This document shows positions 1 to 20,000 of a stretch of 64,000 nt of DNA, piece after piece. The stretch is from Chrysomallon squamiferum. Taxonomy: Eukaryota; Animalia; Mollusca. Every line of letters begins with the position of its first letter. Positions within the stretch are counted from its first letter, which is position 1. The notes under the pieces are model-generated. The model saw nothing but the letters and a program-made list of their open reading frames with translations, ran no database searches and was not told where the DNA came from. The translations under genes were made by a program, and so were the position numbers. Location of the stretch: positions 19,902,001 to 19,966,000 of the forward strand of contig CM022667.1 of the NCBI GenBank assembly GCA_012295275.1. Direction: 5' to 3'.

Positions 1-7
1 AACCTAC

Positions 8-78
8 GTGCGCTTGTAATACAGTCCTTTATTATCAATGATTTCCTCAGTATAATTATTCTTATTTCGCTTAAGCAT
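8..78 (-). CDS. Possible first coding exon of an unidentified gene running off the left edge (MLKRNKNNYTEEIIDNKGLYYKR...)
   Basis: ATG at 78-76 lies inside ORF 4..357. The ORF ends exactly at a donor-like AC|GTAGGT (7-2). No family recognised. Confidence 0.25.
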
Positions 79-607
79 AATGATACGAATGTAGCCAAAT
101 ATTAGCCATGGCAAGCAGAGGCTATACTTTTTAAAATCTGAACGCCTGGGAAAATACTGTTTGTATTCAATGAGACTATTAATTATAGAATGAAGATTTG
201 TGTACAATTTCCACACGAAACAGATCTGTTCGATTGAAAACTGAAAAAGATTACCGCACAGCAAAATCAGAGTACCTGCTTTTACACCATTTTGCATTGT
301 GCTGAATAACGTGTTTGGTTTGTGCTGAATGAATAAATATTTAACAACTCCATACACCGGATATTAATGATTATTTCCCGTCGTTATTCTATAATCCTTC
401 GTCCTTTCAGGGTGATTTGTTTTACACAAACAGGAAAGGTTTGTAGTTTGATAAATCGATCGAAGGATCTTGGTTGGAACGAGAAATACGCCTAAAGTAC
501 TTAACCGTTGACCGATAATCCCACAGGTCTGAGATTTCATACGGACAGAAAGCAATCTGAACAGTAATAGATATGACTGTGCCGTGCATACATTTCACAA
601 AACAATT

Positions 608-610
<3 letters not shown>

Positions 611-643
<33 letters not shown>
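611..643. repeat. (GA)n microsatellite
   Basis: Direct inspection. Confidence 0.95.
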
Positions 644-644
<1 letters not shown>

Positions 645-1357
645 AAAAAGATGAAATTAATGGCAAATACAAAAAAACATCCATTTTGTTCCGGTACGTA
701 GAATTCACAGAGGTGAAACGGATGTTTTTGCCAACAATATTGTTTTCATCGATTGTGTGATAACTACTTGGTCAATAATTTATTTTTTAATTTTTAATTT
801 TTTTTTTTTTTTTTTTTTTTTTTATGAATAGTAACTTGATAAATTACTGATAAAATGTAAACTCTAGTGGGCCGAACAGTTCATTCTAAATTCGAATCCT
901 TGATTATCGTCTGCTGTTAATGAAAACGAAGTACTCTCTCAGAGTTACTCAATACGTCCTGCCGTCAGACAAATAATCTGCATTGATTTCTGGTAATGAC
1001 GTAACAAAAACAAATAATTAGTAAGATTACCAGGAACGGTGAACGTGATACACTTTCCAACAGAAACGTGTTTCGTGTTTTAGAATACGATCGCTTTTAA
1101 TTTCCTAATAACAAATTATTGATAATGCAGGAATTATATATTCCAACTGACGTTACCGCGGGAATAAGGCGGTGCTATGTATAGAGTGGTCACATGATCT
1201 CAGAAAAAAAAGTACGCATGCAAAGGAAATGCAGAAACCAATATATTCGAACCTAAGATAAAGGGTGAAATTTTTTTTCTTTCTCTCTCTTTTTTTTTTC
1301 AGATTAGAAATTATCACTGCTAAAAAAATAAAAAATAAAAATACAGATTAACGGTTA

Positions 1358-1358
<1 letters not shown>

Positions 1359-1410
<52 letters not shown>
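1359..1410. repeat. (TG)n microsatellite
   Basis: Direct inspection. Confidence 0.95.
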
Positions 1411-1416
<6 letters not shown>

Positions 1417-1444
1417 TTAATTTTATTGGCAAATCCGCTGTTCT

Positions 1445-1814
1445 AAAATAATAAATGATGACAACAACCCATTAATATGGAAAAAGATATATTTAACACC
1501 CACATTAGGTACTAAACAAATTGCTCTTCTTGAATTTCAACATAAAATTATTAATAGAATAATAGCAACCAATAGTTTTCTTTGTACTATTGGGATTCGG
1601 GACGATGCACTTTGCACAGTCTGTAAAGAAAACGAGGAAACGATCAGGCACCTTTTTGTAAAATGTTCCAAAGTGACTTTTTTGTGGCGAAATTTGGAAT
1701 CTTGGATTTTTATGTTACTTGATTCTGTACAATTACAAACGACAGAAGGATAATATTTGGTTTACAAACAGGACAAAAAAAAAAATACTTAATCATTTAA
1801 CTGTAATAACAGAA

Positions 1815-1854
<40 letters not shown>

Positions 1855-2320
1855 CAGTGTAGCTAACACTTCACTATCATTACCTCGTTGTCTAGCCACG
1901 GTAAGAAATTATTATATGATAAAAAATATATATATAGATAAAGATAAAAAAAAATTGCAAGGGGACGATCATATTAAAAAGAGGTCCCCTCTTTGTTGCG
2001 GTACTAGAAGCCATTGAATAAAGTATTCCTTGTCTCAGTTTTTTTTTTTTTTTTTTTTTAAATTAAAGTTGGTTTAATCAACTGGTTTTTAAATGTATCT
2101 GTAAATATATATATATATATATATTTAATATAACCATGCAGATATATCAATCAGGTAAAAAAGGAGCTCTGTTGTGAAATACCCCATGTATTTTTGTAAA
2201 TACTTGTTATACGTGCTGTGAGTATTTTGGGGTTTTGTTCCTTCTGTTTATATTTAGTAAATCATGTTTTGTAAACTGTACCATTGCCAATAATAATAAT
2301 AATAATAAAATAAAAAAAAT
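1445..2320 (+). mobile_element. 5'-truncated, decayed non-LTR retrotransposon (L1/Tx1-like ORF2 C-terminus with zf-RVT zinc knuckle) plus probable 3' UTR and tail
   Basis: From 1478 it translates WKKIYLTPTLGTKQIALLEFQHKIINRIIATNSFLCTIGIRDDALCTVCKENEETIRHLFVKCSKVTFLWRNLESWI, the FQ.KI..R...TN / CxxC...ET..HLF..C...W signature. The frame then decays. An (AAT)n/A-rich tail-like tract lies at ~2289-2319. Boundaries are approximate. Confidence 0.8.
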
Positions 2321-3276
2321 CCTCCATAATATCTTTATAAGCAGATGTTGAAAAATAAATGGAATTTGTGTTTAGACTTAGATCCTATTCTCAGCTTAAC
2401 TCCGAAATCCGAAAAACTTCCGGTCTCAAGCATTTCGTGAAAAATTATCCTCAGCGTTAAAATAGGTAAGAAATTGTAAAATAACGTCATTAAAAAAGTA
2501 GGTCATAAAGAAACTTACGTTTATTATATTCATATATGTTTTTGTACGAGCTGGTGCATTTTTATAATAAAAAGGAATTAAAATCAACGAACAACAAAAA
2601 CGAATAATAAAAATCGATACTGAGGGAAAATACCATAAAGAATAAGCAGAATATTAATAATACAAATTAATTTGTTAATGTGGCGGACGCAGTCATGAAA
2701 ATTGCAGACGTCCTAATGGAAGAATATCGAATTGTCAATTCCGAAATACTCAAAGCATCTCAGCAAAAACTGGGAAAAAAAAAAATTAAAAAAAATTGTC
2801 TACGTGTTGGCAGACATATTGATAAGACTCTGAACAGCTGGTGAATTACTATTGGAAAATGAGCACGAAACACTGCACATTGAAAGAAAATAATTTTTAC
2901 TTAATGTTGTAGGTGAGCTTTTGTATTTTCTTTATTTATTTATTTTATCTCTGTCTCTATCTGTCTCCTTCACGATGCTTTTTATTTATTCACTTTTTTT
3001 TAAAATATTCATTTATATATATATTTATATATTTATATATAATACACTTTTTTTTTTGAGAGAAAACTATATGTTTATCGATGTACGTGTCAGTAAGGTA
3101 AAATAGTTTACATGAAAGGTTTTTTTTTTTTTTTTATTGCGAAATAAAACAGATCCTGTTGCATAGTCGATAGATACATTATAAAAGTCGTGACAGTATT
3201 ACACATAAGAATTAATATTTTCTACACTACTGCTTACGTCATTCAAAATACACCTCAGGAGTGAAAAGACCTAGTG

Positions 3277-3353
3277 CAGGGATCGGCAGCCTTTTAGAGA
3301 GAGTTGTCAGACGTCTATGCAGTGTTTTGGAGCGGGCCAAGATATCAAATTTA

Positions 3354-3400
<47 letters not shown>

Positions 3401-3625
3401 ACACACATGCACACACACATGCACTCACACACATACACACACACACACACACACATACTGACACACACACACACCGATCGATCTCTCTCAGTTCTATCTT
3501 CAACATTGAGCAGCAAAAAGGGTTTCTTGGAAGCAAGGCTGTTTTAGTCTGCAGATTTAAAAAATAAATAAAATAAACGTTAATGTAATAATTGATGTCC
3601 ACATGTTCAGTTGGCAGACCGGACT
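3277..3625. mobile_element. Possible decayed hAT-type MITE with an internal (CA)n tract
   Basis: Left end CAGGGATCGGCAGCC resembles hAT TIRs (CAGGGGTCGGCAACC). The right end GTTGGCAGACCGG is only a loose inverse, and no TSD is seen. Confidence 0.3.
3355..3473. repeat. Imperfect (CA)n microsatellite
   Basis: Direct inspection. It is the source of the HT/VC-repeat ORFs in the track. Confidence 0.95.
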
Positions 3626-4125
3626 AAATACCGAGGGTGACGAACTAGTGACTCTGGTTATATCTACAGATTTATTGTTAACATTTGCATCTTTACATTA
3701 TAAATAACATCAAAATAATTAAATTATTTCGGTCTTTTCGATCTATGCAAAGTTTCTTGTTGTTATTTATTTAATAAAGTATAAATTATCTATATGCGGT
3801 AAAGAACCACGTTACTAAGTGCCTAGTTTAATTTATAAAAAGTGACGTAACTGGAATTTAAGTCTGACCGTGTCAGTGTTTCTCATATTTATTGCTTTCA
3901 TCTTATCTTTAATCAGCAGTTTTTCATTGGTTATTTTTAGATTTTTATTTCTTTTAATAAGTAATAATAATAACAGGAAGAAGATGAAGAAGAAGAAGAA
4001 AGATACTATGAAGTATTTTATATCTATATCAAAAGAGAAAACTAATATTTATATGCATACATTTCTTTAAATAATTTCATTAGATCTTTTTTTCTAGTGG
4101 TTTAAATGGCAAAAAAATAAATATA

Positions 4126-4182
<57 letters not shown>

Positions 4183-5785
4183 GAAATTTAAAAAAAAAGA
4201 AGAAAAAAAAAAGGAAAAAGTTAATAATTAGTGGCTTTCATTTTAAAATATAGAAAAATATGGCAGTACATATCTATCTGCTCCTATATTACTCAGTTCC
4301 GGCAATTTAATTAGAAAGTATTTGGGAATCTAACAAAGTAAGACATAATGGTTATCAATATGACATTAATAGACACAGATAATCAAAGGTAACCTCCCAA
4401 GAAGTTGAAGTGATTTGTTGAAGAGTGAAATTAATACTGCTCAATGGATCTCTGATAAATACGTCAAATAAGCATGTGTCAGTTGAGAAGCCAAAATCAG
4501 GGCTGTTGAAAGTGCGGTGTCATAATCAGCGAAGTTATAGATCGCAGTTACTGGTTTTAATCGTTTGTAAAACTGTAGTTTAATCAGTTACTGTAATGCA
4601 CAATATACTTATTTTCTTTTAGTTGCACACTGGTTTCTAAACCATTTTTTATGATAAGTCAATAGAACTTAAGCATAATTTGATTATAGTTGTTGATTAG
4701 AGTGCTTTTATTATGATTATGATTTAATCATTACTTACATCTTTAAAAAAATGTTCAGCCATCATTTATGGTCCTGAGGCAAAATAATAAAGCGTATTTT
4801 AAAGATCAAACGGTTTTGTTGCTGTTGTGGTTGTTTTCCCTCTTTATGTAACTTCATCATATACAGATCGTTTTTAAATGAACCCATAAAACTGTTCCGA
4901 CGGCGAATTTTTAATTTCGCGACATGAAACATATTTTACAAAAAGTACATCTACGTAATAAATTATGACGTAGCAAAGGGGCGGAACCAGAGATCGATGG
5001 AACGGATAAAATATCACTGATACAATTAACTGTAAAATTATGGATGAAATAATATGCTGCAACAACAAAAAAAAAAAAAAAAAAAAAAAAAGAAAGAAAA
5101 AAAAAGAAGGAAAAAAAAAAAAAAATAAAAATAAAAAAATAAAAAAAGCTAAATGGAACATCAGAATACTACTATAATGTAACATCTGCATGCAACCAAA
5201 TCAGAAATAGCATAATATAAGGTATAAGAAAGAAAATGAATGAAATGATTTACTAAACCTTTTTCGCAGAGCTTATGTCAAGTGTGTCCAAGTGTGTCAA
5301 AGTGACTCTTGTGTTATATGATATGCTATGAAAATACAAAATCAGTGAGAGAAAGAAAAACAACAACCCACAATCAGCGTTATATGAATCCTAACACAGC
5401 TATAGCAGTCTGCCGCTGGACTACAAGCATCGGTAGAGTGCAGGTGAATCACAAACATAATATAGGTTATTTAATAACGTATTACAGAATATTTAACATT
5501 TTTGATCATCGTTTTTCTCTATTTCTTTCTTCTTCCTTTTTTTTTTTAATTATACATTTTTTATGTTGTTGTTGTTGTTGTTATTATTTCTTCTTTGCTT
5601 TATTTTTTGCTTTATATTATTTTTTGTTATTGTTACTGTTGTTGTTATTGTTTTATTTATTTATTTATTTATTTATTTATTGTAAATTTGTTTTACCTTC
5701 TTGCATTGATTTAGAATAACTGATTATCTTCACCACAGGTAATTAGAATTATCTGCTCTATCTGCAATAATACGTTAGTCATTCT

Positions 5786-5840
5786 GTCACCATAGAAACA
5801 CGTGCTGTCGTAACACGTGCTATTCATGATGCAACACGTG
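5786..5840. promoter_or_regulatory. RFX X-box followed by three AACACGTG E-boxes
   Basis: GTCACCATAGAAAC (5786-5799) fits the X-box consensus GTNRCC-AT-RGNAAC. CACGTG occurs at 5799, 5814 and 5835, each preceded by AA. Confidence 0.5.
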
Positions 5841-6989
5841 TTTTGAATCATCGATAAAGAAAAAAAATATAATTACCACACACACACACACACATTCGCC
5901 ATTCTACCTGCAGTTCTAAATGTTTTATTTTTCTCCAGAACTGTCGATTCACGTACACTCATTTCGTTGTCGCCTACAAAAACTATACATTAAAACACGA
6001 CAGTTCTTAAATAACCATTTATTTTAAATGAAAACCGGGTTTGGTAATTTAAGATCCAAAACAGCAATTAAACACTAAACAAGTGTGTATGTATTAACTT
6101 GTTCGAAATCTCAAAATATTTTGATTTGGTGAATGCTGTTGGTAAAAAACATCTAGACAAAATATTTGAAATAGACCAATATATTTTTTATGCACTCCAT
6201 TCTTTTCAAAACACATACTTCGATGTTACGGTTATCTTGTTCCTTTCTTTTCAAAACATTAATACTAATAAATAAAAAATAAATAAATAAATAAATAATC
6301 TAATAAAGAAAGAAAAAATGTAAAGAAATAAATTTATGAATACCAATTTACAAAATAATATTAAAATGTCTATATCTGAGTATGTTTGTCTGTTGGTGTC
6401 TGTAAAATAATTATTATGATGACGAAAAACAAATTAGGATCGGAATTAATTAGAAAAAAAAAAAAAAAAAAAATAAACGAAATATTAATGAAGATGATGA
6501 TGATGATAACAATAGTAATAAGAAGAAGAATAAGATAGACGTAAATATTAATTAATTGGAATTCCATATATATATATAGTGTGCTGATTCCAGTAATTCA
6601 GCTTTTGTAATAACTAATTATAGTGCAGAAGTTGTGTTTCTTCTTCTTCTCTTATTATTTATTTATTTATTTATTTTAATGTCGATATTTGATGCTTGTT
6701 GTCAGTAATTTATGTATCCCAACTTTAACTGATTCCCAGTCATAAAGCAAATTTAACAGAGTGTATCGGTTACGACACCAGTCTGTTAGAATACGGTTCG
6801 TACAAAACAGAACAGCTACCGCCGCTGACTTTTTCATCTGTACTGCTACTAATCTGTAGGATTCGAATAATTAAATTATCATGATCACAAAGAATTAAAA
6901 CGGTGTCTTTGGAATGCGCTATTTGTGTATGTATTAGCACCGAAGTAAATTGTTAACTAGTCTGAGCTTAGTTTAAAATCGTGGTCAGA

Positions 6990-6997
6990 ACTTCCGG
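6990..6997. promoter_or_regulatory. ETS-type motif ACTTCCGG, candidate OSGEP promoter
   Basis: The motif lies ~1.2 kb upstream of the OSGEP ATG exon. That exon is preceded by an acceptor (TTTTGACAG ending 8231), which implies an upstream 5'UTR exon. Confidence 0.35.
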
Positions 6998-8235
6998 CTA
7001 GGGCAGAAACATAAACTGACTATTAGTATAGTACGTTAAACATACATGAGCACCCAAAATACAAACTGTGTAATATATGTAAAAAAATAATAAGAATAAG
7101 AATAAAAAAAAATAAAGAAGGTAATAGTAATAATAATAATACTGGTAATAAATATTAATGATTTTGTGGCGATTCCTGAGTTTCACTATCTCGGCTTTCG
7201 TTTGTAAGGGTTTTCCTTCAAATGTTATAGTGCACCAACAGTTACCCACCATGCAAAAACAATATTTACATTTATATATTTTTCCACAGAATCATCTACT
7301 GGAAACGGCCTTAATCGATACTGATTTATTTATTGCAATAGCTTCCACCCACCGACCCAAGTAAATGAATTAATTATATATTTTATTAGTTTTTTAGACT
7401 TCAATAAGACATTTTTTAAATTATTATTTAAATAAAAAGACCAGGAATCAAATTTAAAATTTTCATAATTGTAACTGGTTAAAATGTTCTTCTTTTTTCA
7501 TTTTGTTGACTGATTCTTAAGAAGCTTTCAGCAGCAGTTTGATAGAAACTTTTGAATGAGCAACAAAAGTTTTGTCATTATTAATAGTACTCTATTACTT
7601 TGATATATTTATTCGATAGTTGCCTGTTGAAATTTCATGTTATGTCATTTATTTTATTAAGAAGGCTAGAAATGGTGATATGGACAAATGAACATTATTA
7701 CATAGTAATGAATAACATTGATTTGTTAGAGGTCTTTTCTCAGTGTTTTTTTTTTCATTTTTGTTTTTCAATATAAGTATAGTTTTTGTTTTGACAGTGA
7801 TGAAATTCTGATTATTGGAGCAACATATAGAAAATATAAAGATTAAAAAAGAAAATGATTGAAAACTTCTCAGGCATCATTAATCAGTTTGACATCATGG
7901 CTGTTGTCCAAAATGGATACCAGTGTTAACAGCATGTTTGTAACATGAAGTTAAACTAGCAAGCAGATGTCTGTCATTAAATCCTTTATATGAAGTAAAA
8001 TATAAAGTAGCTTAATCTGTAATGAATGACATTCCTCCCCTCAAAAAAAAAAAAAAATAAAAAATAATAATAAAAAAAAATATTATTAGTATTTATTATC
8101 TTGTTTCATAATAATCTTTTCATATTGTGCATAAGCTGTTAAAATTTTAGCAATAGCAATCTGAATAAATCCCATTCAGCATCTATAATATGTTAATTTG
8201 TCATTCACAATAAATGTTTTAATTTTGACAGAAAA

Positions 8236-15750
<7,515 letters not shown>

Positions 15751-17038
15751 GCGTATATCATATGGAGTTTTTCATTCATGTTTGTCATTATAAATAAATA
15801 AATAAAAGACTTTTTTAAATAAATTATGTTTCATTAATATTCTTATAAATATTAGTCATTTCAACATATAAAAATAGCTGTTGCAACAAAAATATTATTT
15901 GATCCCCAACTTTCACAAAGCAGAAAAGGTTTTTCTGCAAGTGTGAAAACTTTCCTTCTTTGTTTTTTTGTTGTCTTTATTTTTTTATTTTTGTTGATAA
16001 TGAATTTACTGAAAAATTTATTAATGTGAATTACACTCATACTGAAAACAGAATTCCAGTGTTTATGCACATTATCTTAAATGAATTTTGTGCAGTGTTT
16101 ATGAATTATTTATAATGTAACAAAGGATAAGAACAGTTAAATAATTAACAGAGTGAGATGAACTGAAAGAAAGATAAATGAACATCCACTGAATAATTGA
16201 AGTGAAACTGCACAAGGATCAAAGTTGTTACTTTATTATTTAAATTCTGTCTTTCCACACTAGTTACAGATGACTGGGTTTCATTATGTTTAGTTTGTTT
16301 CAAATAGAGAAGTGTTGTTGCCATAAAATCAGATTTCACCAGAGAATTCTGTGCAAATCAAAATTTATTAAATACTGTTTGTATTATGGAGAATGAAGAA
16401 CTGCTGACAAATATTGTTGTGACTGGTTTTCAAACAACACATGCCTGAAATATCTTCATTAAAATCGACTGATCTATTAATAATTACCCTTTTCTAACAA
16501 GACACCTCACTTTGGAAACAAAACAGATTTAAGATATTATCGTTTTAAAACAAAATTGTTGTTTAAGTGGTAAAACTATTTTATATTTAGACTTTTAAAC
16601 AATAAATTGAAAGAAAGCATTTTTAGATATTAATTTTGAGTGTATCAGAGGAAACCTGCTTGAGTTAATAATCTGATATATATAATGTACAAGCAGTTAT
16701 GAACTATAATAAAATATTTTGTTAAACTAACTATTTTCTCTTTTTTTTTTTAAATCTCAGTATTAAATGAAATTTAATGATTTATGGAAAATTAAAATCT
16801 TAAGTTTTTACATATCACTATTATCAGTAATATCGAAGATAAAAAGTCGTTTCCAATCCAGAAATATATAATAATATATTGTGGTATAGAGAAATTTGAG
16901 GATTCAGAAGGTAAATTGTAAGCCAAGCAATGCCAGTCACAGATGAGGAGATGGTGTCATCCAAGATCTATTTAAATTAAGGGGAATAACTCTAATTCAG
17001 AAGAATAAGAAAAAATAAACACCACTGGTCTAACAATA

Positions 17039-17051
17039 TTTCGGCGCCAAA
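17039..17051. promoter_or_regulatory. Near-palindromic E2F site upstream of CDT1
   Basis: TTTCGGCGCCAAA (reverse TTTGGCGCCGAAA) ends 16 nt before the CDT1 ATG. CDT1 is an established E2F target. Confidence 0.8.
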
Positions 17052-17067
17052 TTAGTGTGGTTTCAAG

Positions 17068-20000
17068 ATGGCGCAGCCCAGAGTAACAGATTACTTTACA
17101 AGCAAAAAGAAATTAAACGGTAGGCTACCCACGAAAAGAAGGAAAGTAGAATTAAGTGATAATGATTTAACATTAATCGAAGAAAAACCAAAGAGATCAT
17201 TGCATAGAGCACCTCTCGATCATGGTGCTAAAATAATCGAACAGTGTTTGCCCGTACCTTCGACAACAAAGACACGTAGAGAACCGAGAAATCGGATTCA
17301 GAAAGGTACTGTTTCTGTTATAAGTGCGACGAATACAAAAAATCAGCAGAAAATTACAGATATCTTAACAAAATCTGACAATGAATCCAATAAGTTATCT
17401 GTCGACAATGAACTTGATCATGCTGAAACTAGTGAAAGTCAAAATGAAAGTGTTTTCGAAAAGAAGGATGTTACACCAAGAAAGCAGATTAAGACGAACA
17501 TTAGAAATGAAAAGAAATCTCACAGCCATGCACAAGAAGATCCAGTTACACATGAGCAAAAAGACAACACTGAAGCTAGTTCTAAAATGCTAACGACAGT
17601 GACATCAAAACCTGAAAGAAAAGGTCTCCATTTACATTCACAGGCTGAAAACATTGAAATGGTAACACTAACTGAAAAGGTACATTTGTCAAATAATTAT
17701 TAAAACAAAATCATATCTCTATGCTTTATTTTTTCTCTTTCTTTTTTGTTTTTGTTTTTACTTTATTTATTATTAATATTCTAGTATAACTGATATTTTT
17801 AAAAGTTTTGTTGAATTTAAATCTGCCAGAAACAATAATTTATATTTATTTATTGTTATTTATTTTATTTAATGTTGTTGTTTGGACTTGATATTTATAA
17901 ATTAAATATAATCATTTACAAATTATTACTGCAAGAAATAATTTTAACATTGTAATGATTGTTCATATTTTTATAAATAGGGTTATAAATGCTAAATTCA
18001 GTCACGGTCTTAGTTGCAATATGAAAATTAGTTAACAAACAGTTTGTTAAACAAGCTGCTAAAATTCCATACTAATTTTATTGTTTTATTACATTAATTT
18101 GATTTCAAATATATATTTAAAAAAACAACAACAAAAAACTTGTTTATTTATAGCCAGCAGAAGAGCAACATGTTCATAGTATGATATCAGAAATGGTTGA
18201 TCAATCTGCCAGATTATCACCATTACCACAGCCACCCAGAAAGGTATAGTAAAATATAACAAGATGTTGTGTCATACATTACATTTGTCTCCCAAAGCCA
18301 GTATTTTCTATATGAAATGCATAAAATTTACTAATGCTATTGGTACTGTCATGTCACTGGTACATATATTTGATACGCTTATGTTGAAAGTTCATGAAAT
18401 CTCATGTTTTTCTATACTGTATGTGAATATAGAAGCATTTATTACTGTTGTTAATTCTTTAACTGTTATATATTTTAATAGCTTGATCATGAAAATTGTA
18501 ATAAAATTAATCCACTGTTTTTAAGAATTATGACTTTGTATCTTGTTTTCAAAAGGGAAAGAAGCTGACTTCAGAATTAGTGAAATCTCGTCTGACGAAT
18601 GTAGGCAAACTGGAAGAACTGAAAAAACAGTTACATGAGATTAAAAGATTGAAGAAAGAAGCAGAGAAAGAGCCACCCAAATTAAGGCAGTTCAAGAAAA
18701 TTGAAATAGAGGTGGAGCAGGTGTCACCTGTTAAAAGTCCAATCAAACTAGAAAAAAGGTTAGAATTAGCTCCTGTTACAGTATTGCAATATTTTTTATA
18801 TAAATATAAAGATTGTAAAATGGTCGGTGATACGGTAGTATTTTCCACAATTAAACTGTTGTCCACAAATTTAGATATATATATATGTGCTTTCTAAATT
18901 GTTATCTTTGATGTTTTCAGAGAAGTGAAGATTCCAGCGTATGAAAGATACCACCATCTTGTTACATCACCACCACCTACATTGACTCTGCCATTCAAGT
19001 ACAAAGTTCTTTCTGAGATGTTCAGGGGAATGGACACTGTGGTCAGCATGATGCACAACCGCAATGAATCCTGTACCTACTCTAAACTTAAATCAGCAGT
19101 CCAGTCCATGACGAAAAGGTATGTACATTGTCACAGGAATGAAACTTTAATCAGTTACAAATGTTTTAAACATTGTTTCATGGGTAAATTGATGCATAGA
19201 TAATTTTGGAAATTTGTAACTCTTTAAATATGTCACTGAAATTCACAACAGAAATGCTAACCAGGTCATGTAAAATTAACATTTTATTTTCATGAAATTG
19301 GATTATGCATAAAATCACAATGTTAAGGACTGTTATTTGATGTGATTGGTTTGTTTACACAAAGGTTTGGTTGGCCATTGCAGTCTACTTTGCTAATTAC
19401 ATAGGAGACCATCTGAAAGTGGGTATTATCTTATGTAGAAACATTATGATTTAAAGTTTATAACTATAACCATGATAAACCAGTGCTGTAATAAGTTGAT
19501 ATGAAAGATAATATCAGTAATGCTGTGGTGTTTCATAGCTAACAGCACTGTATCAGTTGTTATTATTCATAGGTTTATTTTATAGCAGCCACTGAACATT
19601 TTTTCTTCTTCAATATTATAGAAACTTTGAGAAGAAAAACATTGGCCAGATTAAAACTGTTTACCCAGAAGCCTACACTTTCCGTCAGGAAAGAGTTCCT
19701 ATGTATGGTGAGAGGTTAAAGGATTATCAACTGACAGTTGAGGCAAATCTCTCACAGGAAAATGGTTAGTAATTTACTTTATAAGTTAAAGCCTTTAGGA
19801 AAATAATATAAGAGGGGTATCCTTTTTTGTTAATAAACCATATGAAAAAGGCAAAACCTAAAGAAAAGTTCTGATGTCAGGATTAAGAAATAGATACAGC
19901 TATAGGCTTCTTTTATTTGTGTTCTAGTGATAGCTGGGTTTCTTTGTATGAAAAGTGAAATAGTGTGCTGAAGTTTTCCAAGTCTAGTGAATTTGTCTGT

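Noticed and set aside
2921-7364. Many 60-136 aa ORFs (HT/VC, poly-F, poly-I, poly-Y)
   Set aside because: They are translations of microsatellites and A/T tracts, with no splice or homology support.
19817-19825. GTATCCTTT inside CDT1 intron 5 as an alternative U12 donor
   Set aside because: Extending exon 5 to it hits an in-frame TAG, and there is no matching U12 branch site at the next acceptor.
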